DNA of 64,000 bases from NCBI GenBank assembly GCA_963789825.1, contig CAWBME010000006.1, positions 5,541 through 69,540 on the forward strand, given 5' to 3'. Below, one piece after another: positions 19,275 to 27,798 of this stretch. This stretch comes from an uncultured Chloroflexia bacterium (GTDB lineage Bacteria; Chloroflexota; Anaerolineae; Anaerolineales; E44-bin32). The notes below the pieces were generated by a model, which was given only the letters and a program-made list of their open reading frames with translations, searched no databases and had not been told where the DNA came from. How positions within the stretch are numbered: position 1 is the stretch's first letter; each line of letters starts with the position of its first letter. The position numbers and the translations under genes were made by a program.

Positions 19275-21296
19275 ATGAAGGGCGACCCGCTTCAGGGCGA
19301 ACCGGCTAGCCAAGGCGGCAAGATCGCCAAGGGCTCGCGCCAAGATGCAGGCGGCGTGGTGTGGGGCTCCCTCGGCATCGCGGTACTCGTTATCGTCCTG
19401 GTCGGCTACTACTATGCCCACAAGCCCGTCTCCCCCGACAACGCCCGGGCGCTCGCAGGGGTTGCTGCGGATTCATGCCTGGCGCTACTGATCGTCCTCG
19501 CCGCCGGAGCCATCGGCCGTCGGCTGGTTCCGCAGGCGCACCCGGAAGCGCTGGCGGCCATGTCCTTTCAGGCTGCCCTGGGTCTGGGTGTAATGGGCCT
19601 CGGGGTGTTGTTGCTCGGGGCGGTGGGAGGGATGCAGCGATGGGTGTTCTACGCCGTCCTGGCGACGCTCGTCGTGGGTTTCTGGCGGTCGGGCAGGGCC
19701 TGGCTGAAGCAGGCCTCGCAGGCGTTCGGCCCAATCCGCAGAGCATCCTGGCCCTGGCGCGCGGCGGCGGCGGCCGGGGCCACGCTGCTGATGCTGGCTT
19801 GGTTTGAGGCTGCAGCCCCACCTGCCCGGTATGACGCCCTGCTCTACCATCTCGACCTGGCGGCCCGCTTCCTCGATCAGGGTTCCATCAGCCGGACGGT
19901 GGACAATCAACTCTGGGGCATGCCCCTGCTGGGTGAGATGTTGTATGCCTGGGCGATGGCGCTCGGGCGGGCGCAGACGGCGGCGCTTCTCGGATGGGCA
20001 GTTGCGGTGTTGACACTGCTTGGTGTCGCCGGTGTGGGAAAGGGTTGGGGAAAGCGCATCGGGTGGATTGCTCCTTTGGTCCTGCTCGGGGGCAGCACCC
20101 TGGCCTCCTCTCCGGGCTGGGCCTATGTCGACTGGTGGGCAGCGCTCTTCGGATTGGGCCTGCTGATCGCCCTCGACCGGCATCGCCAAAGACAGGAACC
20201 GCAGGCGGTGGTCCTGGCCGGAGTGATGGCAGGCTTGGCCTGTGGCGTGAAATACAGCGCCTGGATCGCTCTGCCGGCTGGCTTCTTCGCCGTCTGGCTT
20301 GGTGCACGGAATCGAGCGTCGCTGAAGAATGCGCTGGTGTTTCTGGTGGTTGGATTGGCGGTGGCTTCTCCATGGCTGGTGAAGAATTTCCTCGGGGCAG
20401 GAGTGCCGCTCTTCCCATACTTCGGCGTCACCCCTGCCATCGACCCGCTGCGCCAGCATGCGTTCCAGGGCAGCATCGCTCCGCCCCCTGTTCTCAACAG
20501 CCTGCTGATACCGATCGCCGCCACCTTCGCCGGTCACGAACACGCCCCAGGATTCAGCGTTGACCTCGGGCCGCTGCTGCTGGGGCTGCTCCCGGGCCTC
20601 GTGCTCATCCGCCGCGAGAACCGCCAAGCCCTTCTCCCCGCCGGCGGATTCCTCATCGTCGGCTGGGTCGCCTGGGGGATCGCCATTCGCTTCTCAGGTC
20701 TATTAATTCAGACGCGGCTGTACTTCGTGCTGCTGCCGGCATGGGCCCTCCTGGCCGGTGCAGGTTTCAGTGGGTGGATCGGTGTCAGGCCGCGTGGTGT
20801 GCGTCTGGAGCGGCTGGCGGCGGCGGCCGTGGCCATTGTGGTGGGTTTGCTGCTCGTTCAGCAAGTCAGGCAGTGGGCCGCTTGGAATCCGGCCGCTGTG
20901 CTGCTGGGGGTGGAATCTCGGTCGGCGTATCTCACGCGCCAACTCGGCGCCACGCAGCTGGCCATGGAGAGCATGGAGCAACTGCCCGCGGGGAGCCGCG
21001 TGATCATGCTCTGGGAGCCGCGCAGCCTCTACTGCCTACCGCGCTGCGTGCCGGATGTGTGGATCGACCGCTGGCTGGTCGATCTGAGGCGGCATGGGAG
21101 CGGCGAGGCCGTCCTGGATGCCTGGCAACGCGCCGGGACGAGCCATGTGCTGCTGCACGTTGCCGGGCTGGAGTTCACCCGTCAGTCTGATCCCCGCTAC
21201 ACGCCGGCGGATTGGGATGCGCTTGACGAGCTGCTGAACAGACTGGAACGGTTAGAAGCCATCGGAGATGGGTACGTGCTGTACCGGGTGCCATGA
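19275..21296 (+). CDS. Polytopic membrane protein, GT-C-like, with a C-terminal soluble domain
   Basis: The ATG at 19275 is preceded by GGGAGA. The 673-aa product has >12 TM helices and a loop motif ARYDALLYHLDLAARFL. The maximal ORF starts at 19107. Confidence 0.72.
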   Translation: MKGDPLQGEPASQGGKIAKGSRQDAGGVVWGSLGIAVLVIVLVGYYYAHKPVSPDNARALAGVAADSCLALLIVLAAGAIGRRLVPQAHPEALAAMSFQAALGLGVMGLGVLLLGAVGGMQRWVFYAVLATLVVGFWRSGRAWLKQASQAFGPIRRASWPWRAAAAAGATLLMLAWFEAAAPPARYDALLYHLDLAARFLDQGSISRTVDNQLWGMPLLGEMLYAWAMALGRAQTAALLGWAVAVLTLLGVAGVGKGWGKRIGWIAPLVLLGGSTLASSPGWAYVDWWAALFGLGLLIALDRHRQRQEPQAVVLAGVMAGLACGVKYSAWIALPAGFFAVWLGARNRASLKNALVFLVVGLAVASPWLVKNFLGAGVPLFPYFGVTPAIDPLRQHAFQGSIAPPPVLNSLLIPIAATFAGHEHAPGFSVDLGPLLLGLLPGLVLIRRENRQALLPAGGFLIVGWVAWGIAIRFSGLLIQTRLYFVLLPAWALLAGAGFSGWIGVRPRGVRLERLAAAAVAIVVGLLLVQQVRQWAAWNPAAVLLGVESRSAYLTRQLGATQLAMESMEQLPAGSRVIMLWEPRSLYCLPRCVPDVWIDRWLVDLRRHGSGEAVLDAWQRAGTSHVLLHVAGLEFTRQSDPRYTPADWDALDELLNRLERLEAIGDGYVLYRVP

Positions 21297-22870
21297 TGGG
21301 CTGGCGCGACTATCTGGCCGTGGCTGCGCTCGGGCTGAGCGTCGCCCTCATCGGATCATGGGCGATCGCCTCGCCGGGCTACATGGACGCAGAATACTAC
21401 TTCGCCACTGCCCGCCAGCTGGCGCAGGGGAACGGCTTGAGCGAGCCGTTCCTTTGGAACTACCTCGACGATCCTGCAGTGATCCCGCATCCCTCTCACC
21501 TGTATTGGATGCCGGGCGTCAGCCTGCTTGCGGCCGCCGGCATGTCGCTGCTTGGAGGCAGCTTCCGGGCTGCGCAGGCGCCGTTCGTCCTGCTCGCCGG
21601 AACGATTCCCGTCTTGACGGCATGGCTGAGCGACCGCACCTATCCGTCGCGCAGGCGGGCATGGCTTGCGGGCGCGCTGGCGGCATTCCCGGGCTTCTTC
21701 CTGCCTTACTTGCTGACCATCGATGCCTTCGCCCTGTATGCCTGGTTGGGCGCCTTGGCGCTCTTCGCCTTCGCCTCTGCGAATCAACTGCCGCAGGGGC
21801 GCCGCTGGCTGCTGGCAGGAGCCCTCGCCGGCCTGTGCCATTGGACGCGCGCCGACGGCGCGCTGATGCTGCTGGTCGGCGTCGTCGCGGTGCTGCTGAT
21901 GCCGCGCGCGCGGTGGCGCAGCGCGGCGTTCCTGATCGCCGGCTATCTGCTGGTCATGCTTCCCTGGTGGGCGCGCAATCTCAGCGAGATCGGCTCGCCG
22001 TTTTCCAGCGGTCTGGCGCGCTCACTGTGGTTCACCGACTATGATGACCTCTTCCTGTTCCCCGCCTCTGGGCTGACGGCCGCCCGCTGGTGGGCTCAGG
22101 GGCTGGGGGCGATCGCGGGAGTCCGTGCGCAAGCGTTGGCATCGAACCTGCAATCGCTTGTTGTGGTCAACGGATTGGTCTTCCTGGCGCCGCTGGTGGT
22201 CTGGGGGGGCTGGCGGAACCGGCGTGATCCGGTCGTCCGCATCCATGCGATCTACCTCGTCGGTCTGCTGCTGGTGATGTCGTTCATCTTCCCGTTCGCC
22301 GGTCCGCGCGGCGGCTTCTTCCACTCGAGCGTGGCGGTGATGCCGCTCATCTGGATCCTGTCCGCCATTGGCTTGGAGGCGTTTGTCGAAGCGGGTGTGC
22401 GCCGGCGTGGCTGGGAAGCGGTGCGGGCCGAACGGATCTTCGGGCTGGCGGCGATTGGGCTGGCGGCGCTGGTGACAGCCTTCGTCTACCAGCAGCGGGC
22501 TCTGGCGCCCACGGCAGAGGGTGTGGCGTGGCAGGCCAGCCAGGCGAGACACCAGGCGATCGCGGAGGCATTCCCCATCCTGCGCACCACACGCCTCGCG
22601 GTCGCGGCCAACGATCCCCCCGGACTCTATCTAGCAGTCGGCGCGCCGGTTGTGCCCATCCCGGATGGTGGACCGGAGGTGCTCCTCCGGGCAGCGGCAC
22701 ACTTCGGCGTGGGCTGGGTCGTGCTCGAGTTCGATCATCCACAGCAACTGTCGGCGCTCTATGCGCAGCCGACGGGCACCCCCGGTCTGCGCCTGGCCGG
22801 CGTAGCAAGATCGCCGCAAGGGCATCCGGTCTACCTCTTCGAAGTCTCTCAGAACAGTGGGGCCGGATGA
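21293..22870 (+). CDS. Polytopic membrane protein, GT-C-like glycosyltransferase
   Basis: 525-aa protein with the first-loop motif SPGYMDAEYYFATARQLAQGNG. ATGA overlap with the upstream gene. Confidence 0.72.
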   Translation: MMGWRDYLAVAALGLSVALIGSWAIASPGYMDAEYYFATARQLAQGNGLSEPFLWNYLDDPAVIPHPSHLYWMPGVSLLAAAGMSLLGGSFRAAQAPFVLLAGTIPVLTAWLSDRTYPSRRRAWLAGALAAFPGFFLPYLLTIDAFALYAWLGALALFAFASANQLPQGRRWLLAGALAGLCHWTRADGALMLLVGVVAVLLMPRARWRSAAFLIAGYLLVMLPWWARNLSEIGSPFSSGLARSLWFTDYDDLFLFPASGLTAARWWAQGLGAIAGVRAQALASNLQSLVVVNGLVFLAPLVVWGGWRNRRDPVVRIHAIYLVGLLLVMSFIFPFAGPRGGFFHSSVAVMPLIWILSAIGLEAFVEAGVRRRGWEAVRAERIFGLAAIGLAALVTAFVYQQRALAPTAEGVAWQASQARHQAIAEAFPILRTTRLAVAANDPPGLYLAVGAPVVPIPDGGPEVLLRAAAHFGVGWVVLEFDHPQQLSALYAQPTGTPGLRLAGVARSPQGHPVYLFEVSQNSGAG

Positions 22871-24354
22871 GCCGGCATCGCCTGACGAAGGCCGAGCTAC
22901 TCCCCGGCATGGCGATCGTGCTCATCCTGCTGCTGTACCTCGTCGCCAGCGCTGCGAAGCTGCGCCTGGGGTTCCCGCTCGACGACGCGTGGATTCACCA
23001 GACCTACGCCCGCAATCTCGCCCGCCTGGGAGAGTGGTCGTTCATTCCGGGGCAGCCCAGCGGCGGCTCGACGGCGCCCCTGTGGACCTTGGCACTCAGC
23101 CTCGGGCACTTGCTCAGGCTGCCACCGCTTGCCTGGACCCTTGCTCTGGGCGGCGTGACCTGGATCGGGTTGGCGGCGGGGGGCGCCGGGCTGTTCGCCC
23201 GGCGCAATCCACCGCTGTCGCGCAGTGCTTGGCTCGTCGCCCTGGTCATCGGGTGCGAGTGGCATCTGGCATGGTCCGCCGCCTCCGGCATGGAGACTCT
23301 GCTCTTAGCGCTGATCGTTGTGCTGACCATGCTGGCTCTCGAGCGGCGCAGCGCAGCCTGGCAGGTCGGCGGTTTGATCGGGCTCGGCGTCTGGGTGCGT
23401 CCGGATGCCCTGACGTTGCTGCTCCCCGCAGTGCTCCAGCTTGCGTTGGACCGTGAGGTCCCCGCAGGCAAGCGGAGAAGCAGCCTGCTCGGGCTGTCGC
23501 TCGGCGTGGGCGCGGCGCTGCTGCCTTACTTCGCATTCAATCTGCTGGCTGCCGGCGCACCATTCCCCAGCACGCTCTATGCCAAGACGCTCGAGTACGG
23601 CTCACTCTCTGCCCAGCCGCTCGGCCAGCGGTTCCTCGGTCAATTCCAGGCGCCGCTGGCCGGCGTTGTTGCCGTGCTGCTCCCCGGCATCCTGCTGAGC
23701 ATCGTTGCCGACGTGCGGCAGCGGGCATGGGGGCGACTGGGCCCGGCGATCTGGGTGGCGGCCTACCTCGGCCTGTTTGCGCTGCGCCTGCCCGTGGCCT
23801 ACCAGCATGGCCGCTACGCCATGCCGGTTATTCCGGTGCTGATCGCCCTCGGTATGGAGGGGATGCTGGGCTGGGTGCAGCTCCGCAGCGCCGACAGGGC
23901 GCGGCGGGTCAGTTCTCGGGCCTGGGTGGTGACGGTTGCCGCCGTCACACTGATCTTCGTCGGACTCGGCGCGCAGGCCTACGCCCAGGATGTGGCGATC
24001 ATCGAGACCGAGATGGTCGACACGGCGCGCTGGATCCGCGACACCACGCCAGCCGATTCGCTGGTGGCGGCACACGACATCGGCGCCCTGGGTTATTTCG
24101 GCGAACGTGCCACGCTCGACCTGGCGGGGCTGACTTCGCCGGAGGCGATCCCCATTCTGCGCGACGAATCGGCGCTGCGGGCCTGGATCGAACGGGAAGG
24201 CGCGGACTACCTGATGACATTTCCTGGCTGGTACCCCCGGCTGAGCGGGGTGGGCACGCCGGTGCATGTCAGCCAGGGGGAGTTCAGTCCGGCTTCCGGC
24301 GGGGAGAACATGGTGGTGTACGCGTTGCCGAGGGTGCAGGGTTTCTCCCCGTAG
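22867..24354 (+). CDS. Polytopic membrane protein, GT-C-like (DDAWI...YARNL family), paralog of 10685-12210
   Basis: The ATG at 22867 overlaps the previous stop (ATGA). Motifs FPLDDAWIHQTYARNLARLGEW and AAHDIGALGYFGERATLDLAGL match the paralog. Confidence 0.72.
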   Translation: MSRHRLTKAELLPGMAIVLILLLYLVASAAKLRLGFPLDDAWIHQTYARNLARLGEWSFIPGQPSGGSTAPLWTLALSLGHLLRLPPLAWTLALGGVTWIGLAAGGAGLFARRNPPLSRSAWLVALVIGCEWHLAWSAASGMETLLLALIVVLTMLALERRSAAWQVGGLIGLGVWVRPDALTLLLPAVLQLALDREVPAGKRRSSLLGLSLGVGAALLPYFAFNLLAAGAPFPSTLYAKTLEYGSLSAQPLGQRFLGQFQAPLAGVVAVLLPGILLSIVADVRQRAWGRLGPAIWVAAYLGLFALRLPVAYQHGRYAMPVIPVLIALGMEGMLGWVQLRSADRARRVSSRAWVVTVAAVTLIFVGLGAQAYAQDVAIIETEMVDTARWIRDTTPADSLVAAHDIGALGYFGERATLDLAGLTSPEAIPILRDESALRAWIEREGADYLMTFPGWYPRLSGVGTPVHVSQGEFSPASGGENMVVYALPRVQGFSP

Positions 24355-24371
24355 GATGCCTGTGCTATACT
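24343..24371 (+). promoter_or_regulatory. Candidate extended -10 promoter (TGcTATACT) upstream of the response regulator
   Basis: TATACT at 24366-24371 is preceded by TGc. The -35 (TTCTCC) is weak. The element lies 30 nt upstream of the ATG at 24402. Confidence 0.3.
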
Positions 24372-24401
24372 CGCCGCAAACCAGCGGTGGCGGAGTGCGC
24401 A

Positions 24402-25095
24402 ATGGACAAGATCGGCGTCATCATTGTCGACGACCACCCGCTCTTCCGGGAGGGTGTCCGCAACGTCATCAACGCCGAGCCCGATCTGCAAGTGATCGGC
24501 GAGAGCACCAGTGGTGAAGAAGCGCTGCCGGTGCTCAAGGAATTGCGCCCGGATGTCGCCCTGGTCGATGTCAACCTGCCCGGGATCAATGGCATCCAAG
24601 TCACCCGCCAAATCGAGACAGACCGCCTTCAGGTCGCTGTCGTCCTGCTGACGGCGTACGATGATATCGAGCAGGTGCTGCATGGCTTCCGCGCTGGCGC
24701 CTCGGCCTACTGCTCCAAGGATATCCAGGCCGGCAAGCTGATGGACGTCATCCGCCAGGTGGCGCGCGGCTTCTATCGTCGTGGGCGACCAGGTGTTCGA
24801 CAAGAACGGCATTGCCGAGTGGCTGGAGAAGGGGGTCGAGAGCGTGCGCCGGCCCCACCTGGACGGTGAGGTGGAGGCCTTCTCGCCGCTCTCGCCGCGC
24901 GAGATGGAGATCCTGCAGTATGTCACGCGCGGGTTGAGCAACAAGGAGATCGCCGGCCGCCTGGGGATCAGCCACCAGACGGTGAAGAACCACATGACCG
25001 CCATCTTGCACAAGCTCGACGTCGAAGACCGGACGCAGGCGGCGGTCTACGCTTTGCGCCACGGCTGGGTTCGACTGCAGGACACGCGCAAGTAG
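24402..25095 (+). CDS. NarL/FixJ-family response regulator (REC + LuxR-type HTH), one apparent +1 frameshift
   Basis: The REC domain (MDKIGVIIVDDHPLFREG..ALVDVNLPGINGI..) is in one frame. The HTH domain (SPREMEILQYVTRGLSNKEIAGRLGISHQTVKNHMTAILHKL) is in ORF 24781-25095. An extra base near 24777 (TTC TAT c GTC GTG GGC) separates them. Confidence 0.85.
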
Positions 25096-25107
25096 CGCGG
25101 AACAGCC

Positions 25108-26154
25108 ATGACGCAGAAAGCGGAGCCCACCGAACTCAGCCCGGTCGAGGCCTTCATCGAGGAGGCCAAGGCTGAGCTTGTCACCCGCCAGCGCCAGGCC
25201 AAGGAGATCGGACTGCTGGTCGAGCAGAGCCAGGGCGAGGTCGACAAGCTGGTCCAGCGCAACACGGCGGCCGCTGGTGAACTGCACCAGATGCAGGCCC
25301 ACTTTGACACCATCCCCCGCGAGGATATCAAGGCCACCTATGAGAAGGCGATGGACACACAGCAGCGGCTGTTCACCATGCGTGGACAGCTGGAGAAGCT
25401 GCAGGCTGATCAGGCGCACCTGAAGGCCTTCGCCGGTTTCGCCGAGCGCACGATCGGCCTGTTGGAGGGCGGCGCCAAGCCATTGGCCGGCGCGCCGGCG
25501 GTTGCGACGACGATCGGGATCGAGGAGATCATCGAGGCCCAGGAAGACGAGCGGCGCAAGATCTCGCGCCTGATCCACGACGGCCCGGCGCAATCCCTGG
25601 CCAACTTCATCCTGCAAATCGAGATCGCCCTCCGGCTGTTCTCTGTTGACCAGGAACAGGCGCGCCAGGAGCTGACGGCGCTCAAGACCTCCGCCAACGC
25701 CACCTTCGCCAGTGTGCGCGACTTCATCTTCGACCTACGCCCGATGATGCTCGACGATCTCGGCCTGGTTCCGACCGTGCGGCGCTACATCGATGCCTTC
25801 AAGGACAAGACGGGCTTGGCAGTGACGGTGGTCGTCACCGGGTCGGAACGCAGGATTGAATCGCACCGCGAGGTGCTGATCTTCCGGGCGGTGCAGAGCC
25901 TGCTGGGCAACATTCGCGAACATGCCCAGGCGACGCAGGCCAAGGTCGGCCTGGATATGGATGCCGCCCAGATCCGGGTCAGCGTGGAGGACAACGGGCG
26001 CGGGTTCGACCGAGACGTGGTGCTGGCGGGGGAGGCGCCCGAGCGGGGCCTGAAGCACCTGGCAAAGCGCATTGAGCAGGTCGGCGGCAGCCTGGAGGTC
26101 GAATCGACCCCCGGAACTGGCACGCGCATTGCCTTCGCCATTCCGGTGGGCTGA
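25108..26154 (+). CDS. Cytoplasmic sensor histidine kinase, HisKA_3 type (DegS/NarX-like)
   Basis: 348-aa protein with no TM helix and a coiled-coil N-terminus. H-box EDERRKISRLIHDGPAQSL. HATPase motifs are DNGRGF and GGSLEVESTPGTGTRI. Confidence 0.85.
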   Translation: MTQKAEPTELSPVEAFIEEAKAELVTRQRQAKEIGLLVEQSQGEVDKLVQRNTAAAGELHQMQAHFDTIPREDIKATYEKAMDTQQRLFTMRGQLEKLQADQAHLKAFAGFAERTIGLLEGGAKPLAGAPAVATTIGIEEIIEAQEDERRKISRLIHDGPAQSLANFILQIEIALRLFSVDQEQARQELTALKTSANATFASVRDFIFDLRPMMLDDLGLVPTVRRYIDAFKDKTGLAVTVVVTGSERRIESHREVLIFRAVQSLLGNIREHAQATQAKVGLDMDAAQIRVSVEDNGRGFDRDVVLAGEAPERGLKHLAKRIEQVGGSLEVESTPGTGTRIAFAIPVG

Positions 26155-26225
26155 GCAAGGCCCTTGTAAGGTCCCAGGGTGGGCATTGCCGCCGGTGGCC
26201 AGCCCCTGCGCGGACTGAGGTCCTA

Positions 26226-26255
26226 TTGAGCGGCGCTTTGCCGGCTCCCTATAAT
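26226..26255 (+). promoter_or_regulatory. Candidate sigma-70 promoter of flp (TTGAGC-18 nt-TATAAT)
   Basis: TTGAGC at 26226-26231 and a perfect TATAAT at 26250-26255. A strong AGGAGG Shine-Dalgarno site lies at 26293-26298. Confidence 0.5.
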
Positions 26256-26305
26256 GAGGGTACCCTGGAAGCCCCGGGAGACCGGAAGGAAAGGAGGAAC
26301 AAACC

Positions 26306-26453
26306 ATGTTGTTCGCCCCGAAGGAAAGAGGACAGGGACTGGTCGAGTACGCGCTCGATTCTCGTCTTGGTTGCGGTCGTCGTCATTGTCATTCTTGCGC
26401 TGCTTGGACCAGCCATCGGCAACGTGTTCAGCAATATCGTCTCTAGCATCTAG
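26306..26453 (+). CDS. flp: Flp-family type IVb pilin, interrupted by one apparent +1 frameshift
   Basis: The ATG at 26306 gives MLFAPKERGQGLVEYAL, which contains the Flp G-x4-EY processing motif. The hydrophobic tail ILVLVAVVVIVILALLGPAIGNVFSNIVSSI* is in the +1 frame. An extra base near 26357 separates the two parts. Confidence 0.75.
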
Positions 26454-26503
26454 CGTCCATGCCGGCAGGGCCGGTTGGGCCTAGACTGAGCACAGGCTGA
26501 GGA

Positions 26504-26528
26504 GGAGCCCTATCAGCGATAGGGCTCC
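26504..26528 (+). terminator. 11-bp perfect hairpin between flp and cpaB (GGAGCCCTATC-AGC-GATAGGGCTCC)
   Basis: Read directly. It lies 50 nt after the flp stop. There is no U-tract, so it may be a terminator, attenuator or stabiliser. Confidence 0.45.
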
Positions 26529-26580
26529 CTGTGTCGAAGGAGAGGCGTCGATCCGGCTTGCCGGGTCAGACGCCCTTGGC

Positions 26581-26608
26581 TTGACAAAGCATATGCTGAC
26601 AGTATGAT
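26581..26608 (+). promoter_or_regulatory. Candidate sigma-70 promoter of cpaB (TTGACA-16 nt-TATGAT)
   Basis: Consensus -35 at 26581-26586 and TATGAT at 26603-26608, inside a locally AT-richer stretch. AGGAGG precedes the ATG at 26652. Confidence 0.5.
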
Positions 26609-26651
26609 TGCCAGACGGTCGCCGATGCAAGGGACTGCCTAAGGAGGAACA

Positions 26652-27778
26652 ATGCGCCGCGGAAGAATGCTGATCCTGGTCGCGATCGTGCTCTTGTTGG
26701 GCGTAGCGGCGGCGTTTCTGGTCGTGCGGCGGCTTTCCGAACGCCGGCACACCGGCGTGACGGGCCCCAGGCGCCGGCCGATATCGGACAGATCGTGATC
26801 GCCGCGCAGGATATCGCTCGCGGCTCGGTCGTGCCCGAAAACGCCCTGGTCATCTCGCCGTACCCGCGCGACCTGATCGTCGAGACGATGCTGACCGACA
26901 TCACCCAGGTCGCTGGAAAGTACGCCCGGATGGACATCGCGCGCGGCTTGCCGATCACGCAGAACATGCTGACCGAGGAGCCAGGCAAGCTGCTGGGCGA
27001 GGGCAGCAAAGCGGCGGTCGCCATCCCGCCCGGTTTCACCGCCATCTCGGTTCCGATCACCCGGCTCTCGAGCGTGGCCTACGCCCTGCGCAACGGCGAC
27101 AAGGTGGACGTGATCGTGAGCGCGATCGTGCTGGACCTAGACGAGAACTTCCAGTCGGTGCTGCCGAACGACACCCTGCTGCTGCTCGGCCAGGACGGTG
27201 GGAACCGCACCGGTTATGCCTGCACGGAATTGAAGCAGGGGGAGCGGGGCCCGGAATGCATCAATCCCGAACCGCCGCCGATGGGCAAGCTGGAGAACGT
27301 GCCGGACACGGATGTGCCGCTGTACCAGACGCCCGTCGAGTCGCAACGGCCGCGACTGGTTTCGCAGCGCTTGATCGCGAACGCCACGGTGCTTCAGGTC
27401 GGCTCGTTCAAGACCGCCGACGAGGAGGCGCTTGGGCAGCTGGCGGCGGTGCAGCCGCAGGGCGTTGGCGCCCCTGCCGGCGCGGAGGGACAGACGCAGA
27501 CCGTGACCCCGCCAGACGTGGTCACGCTGATCGTCACGCCGCAGGACGCCCTGGCGCTGAACTGGGCGATGAAGGCCGGCTTGGACCTGGTGTTCACGCT
27601 ACGCGGGCCCAACGACGTCACGGCGACGACCACCACCAGCGTCACCCTGGGATACCTGTTTGACAACTACCGCATCGAAGTGCCGGAGCCGTTGGACTTC
27701 GGAATCGAGCCGCGCCTGACCGAGCCGATCACGCCGGTGTTGCCGAACGATGCCGCGCCGCCGGCGCCGCCACAGTAA
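26652..27778 (+). CDS. cpaB: Flp pilus assembly protein CpaB (SAF + RcpC domains), one apparent -1 frameshift
   Basis: The N-terminal TM segment MRRGRMLILVAIVLLLGVAAAFLVV is in frame 0. The body (IVIAAQDIARGSVVPENAL..AVAIPPGFTAISVPI..GDKVDVI) is in ORF 26795-27778. The shift lies somewhere in 26720-26790, probably at the GGGCCCC run at 26762-26768. Confidence 0.8.
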
Positions 27779-27798
27779 CCAGGCCTGGATGAGGCCGC

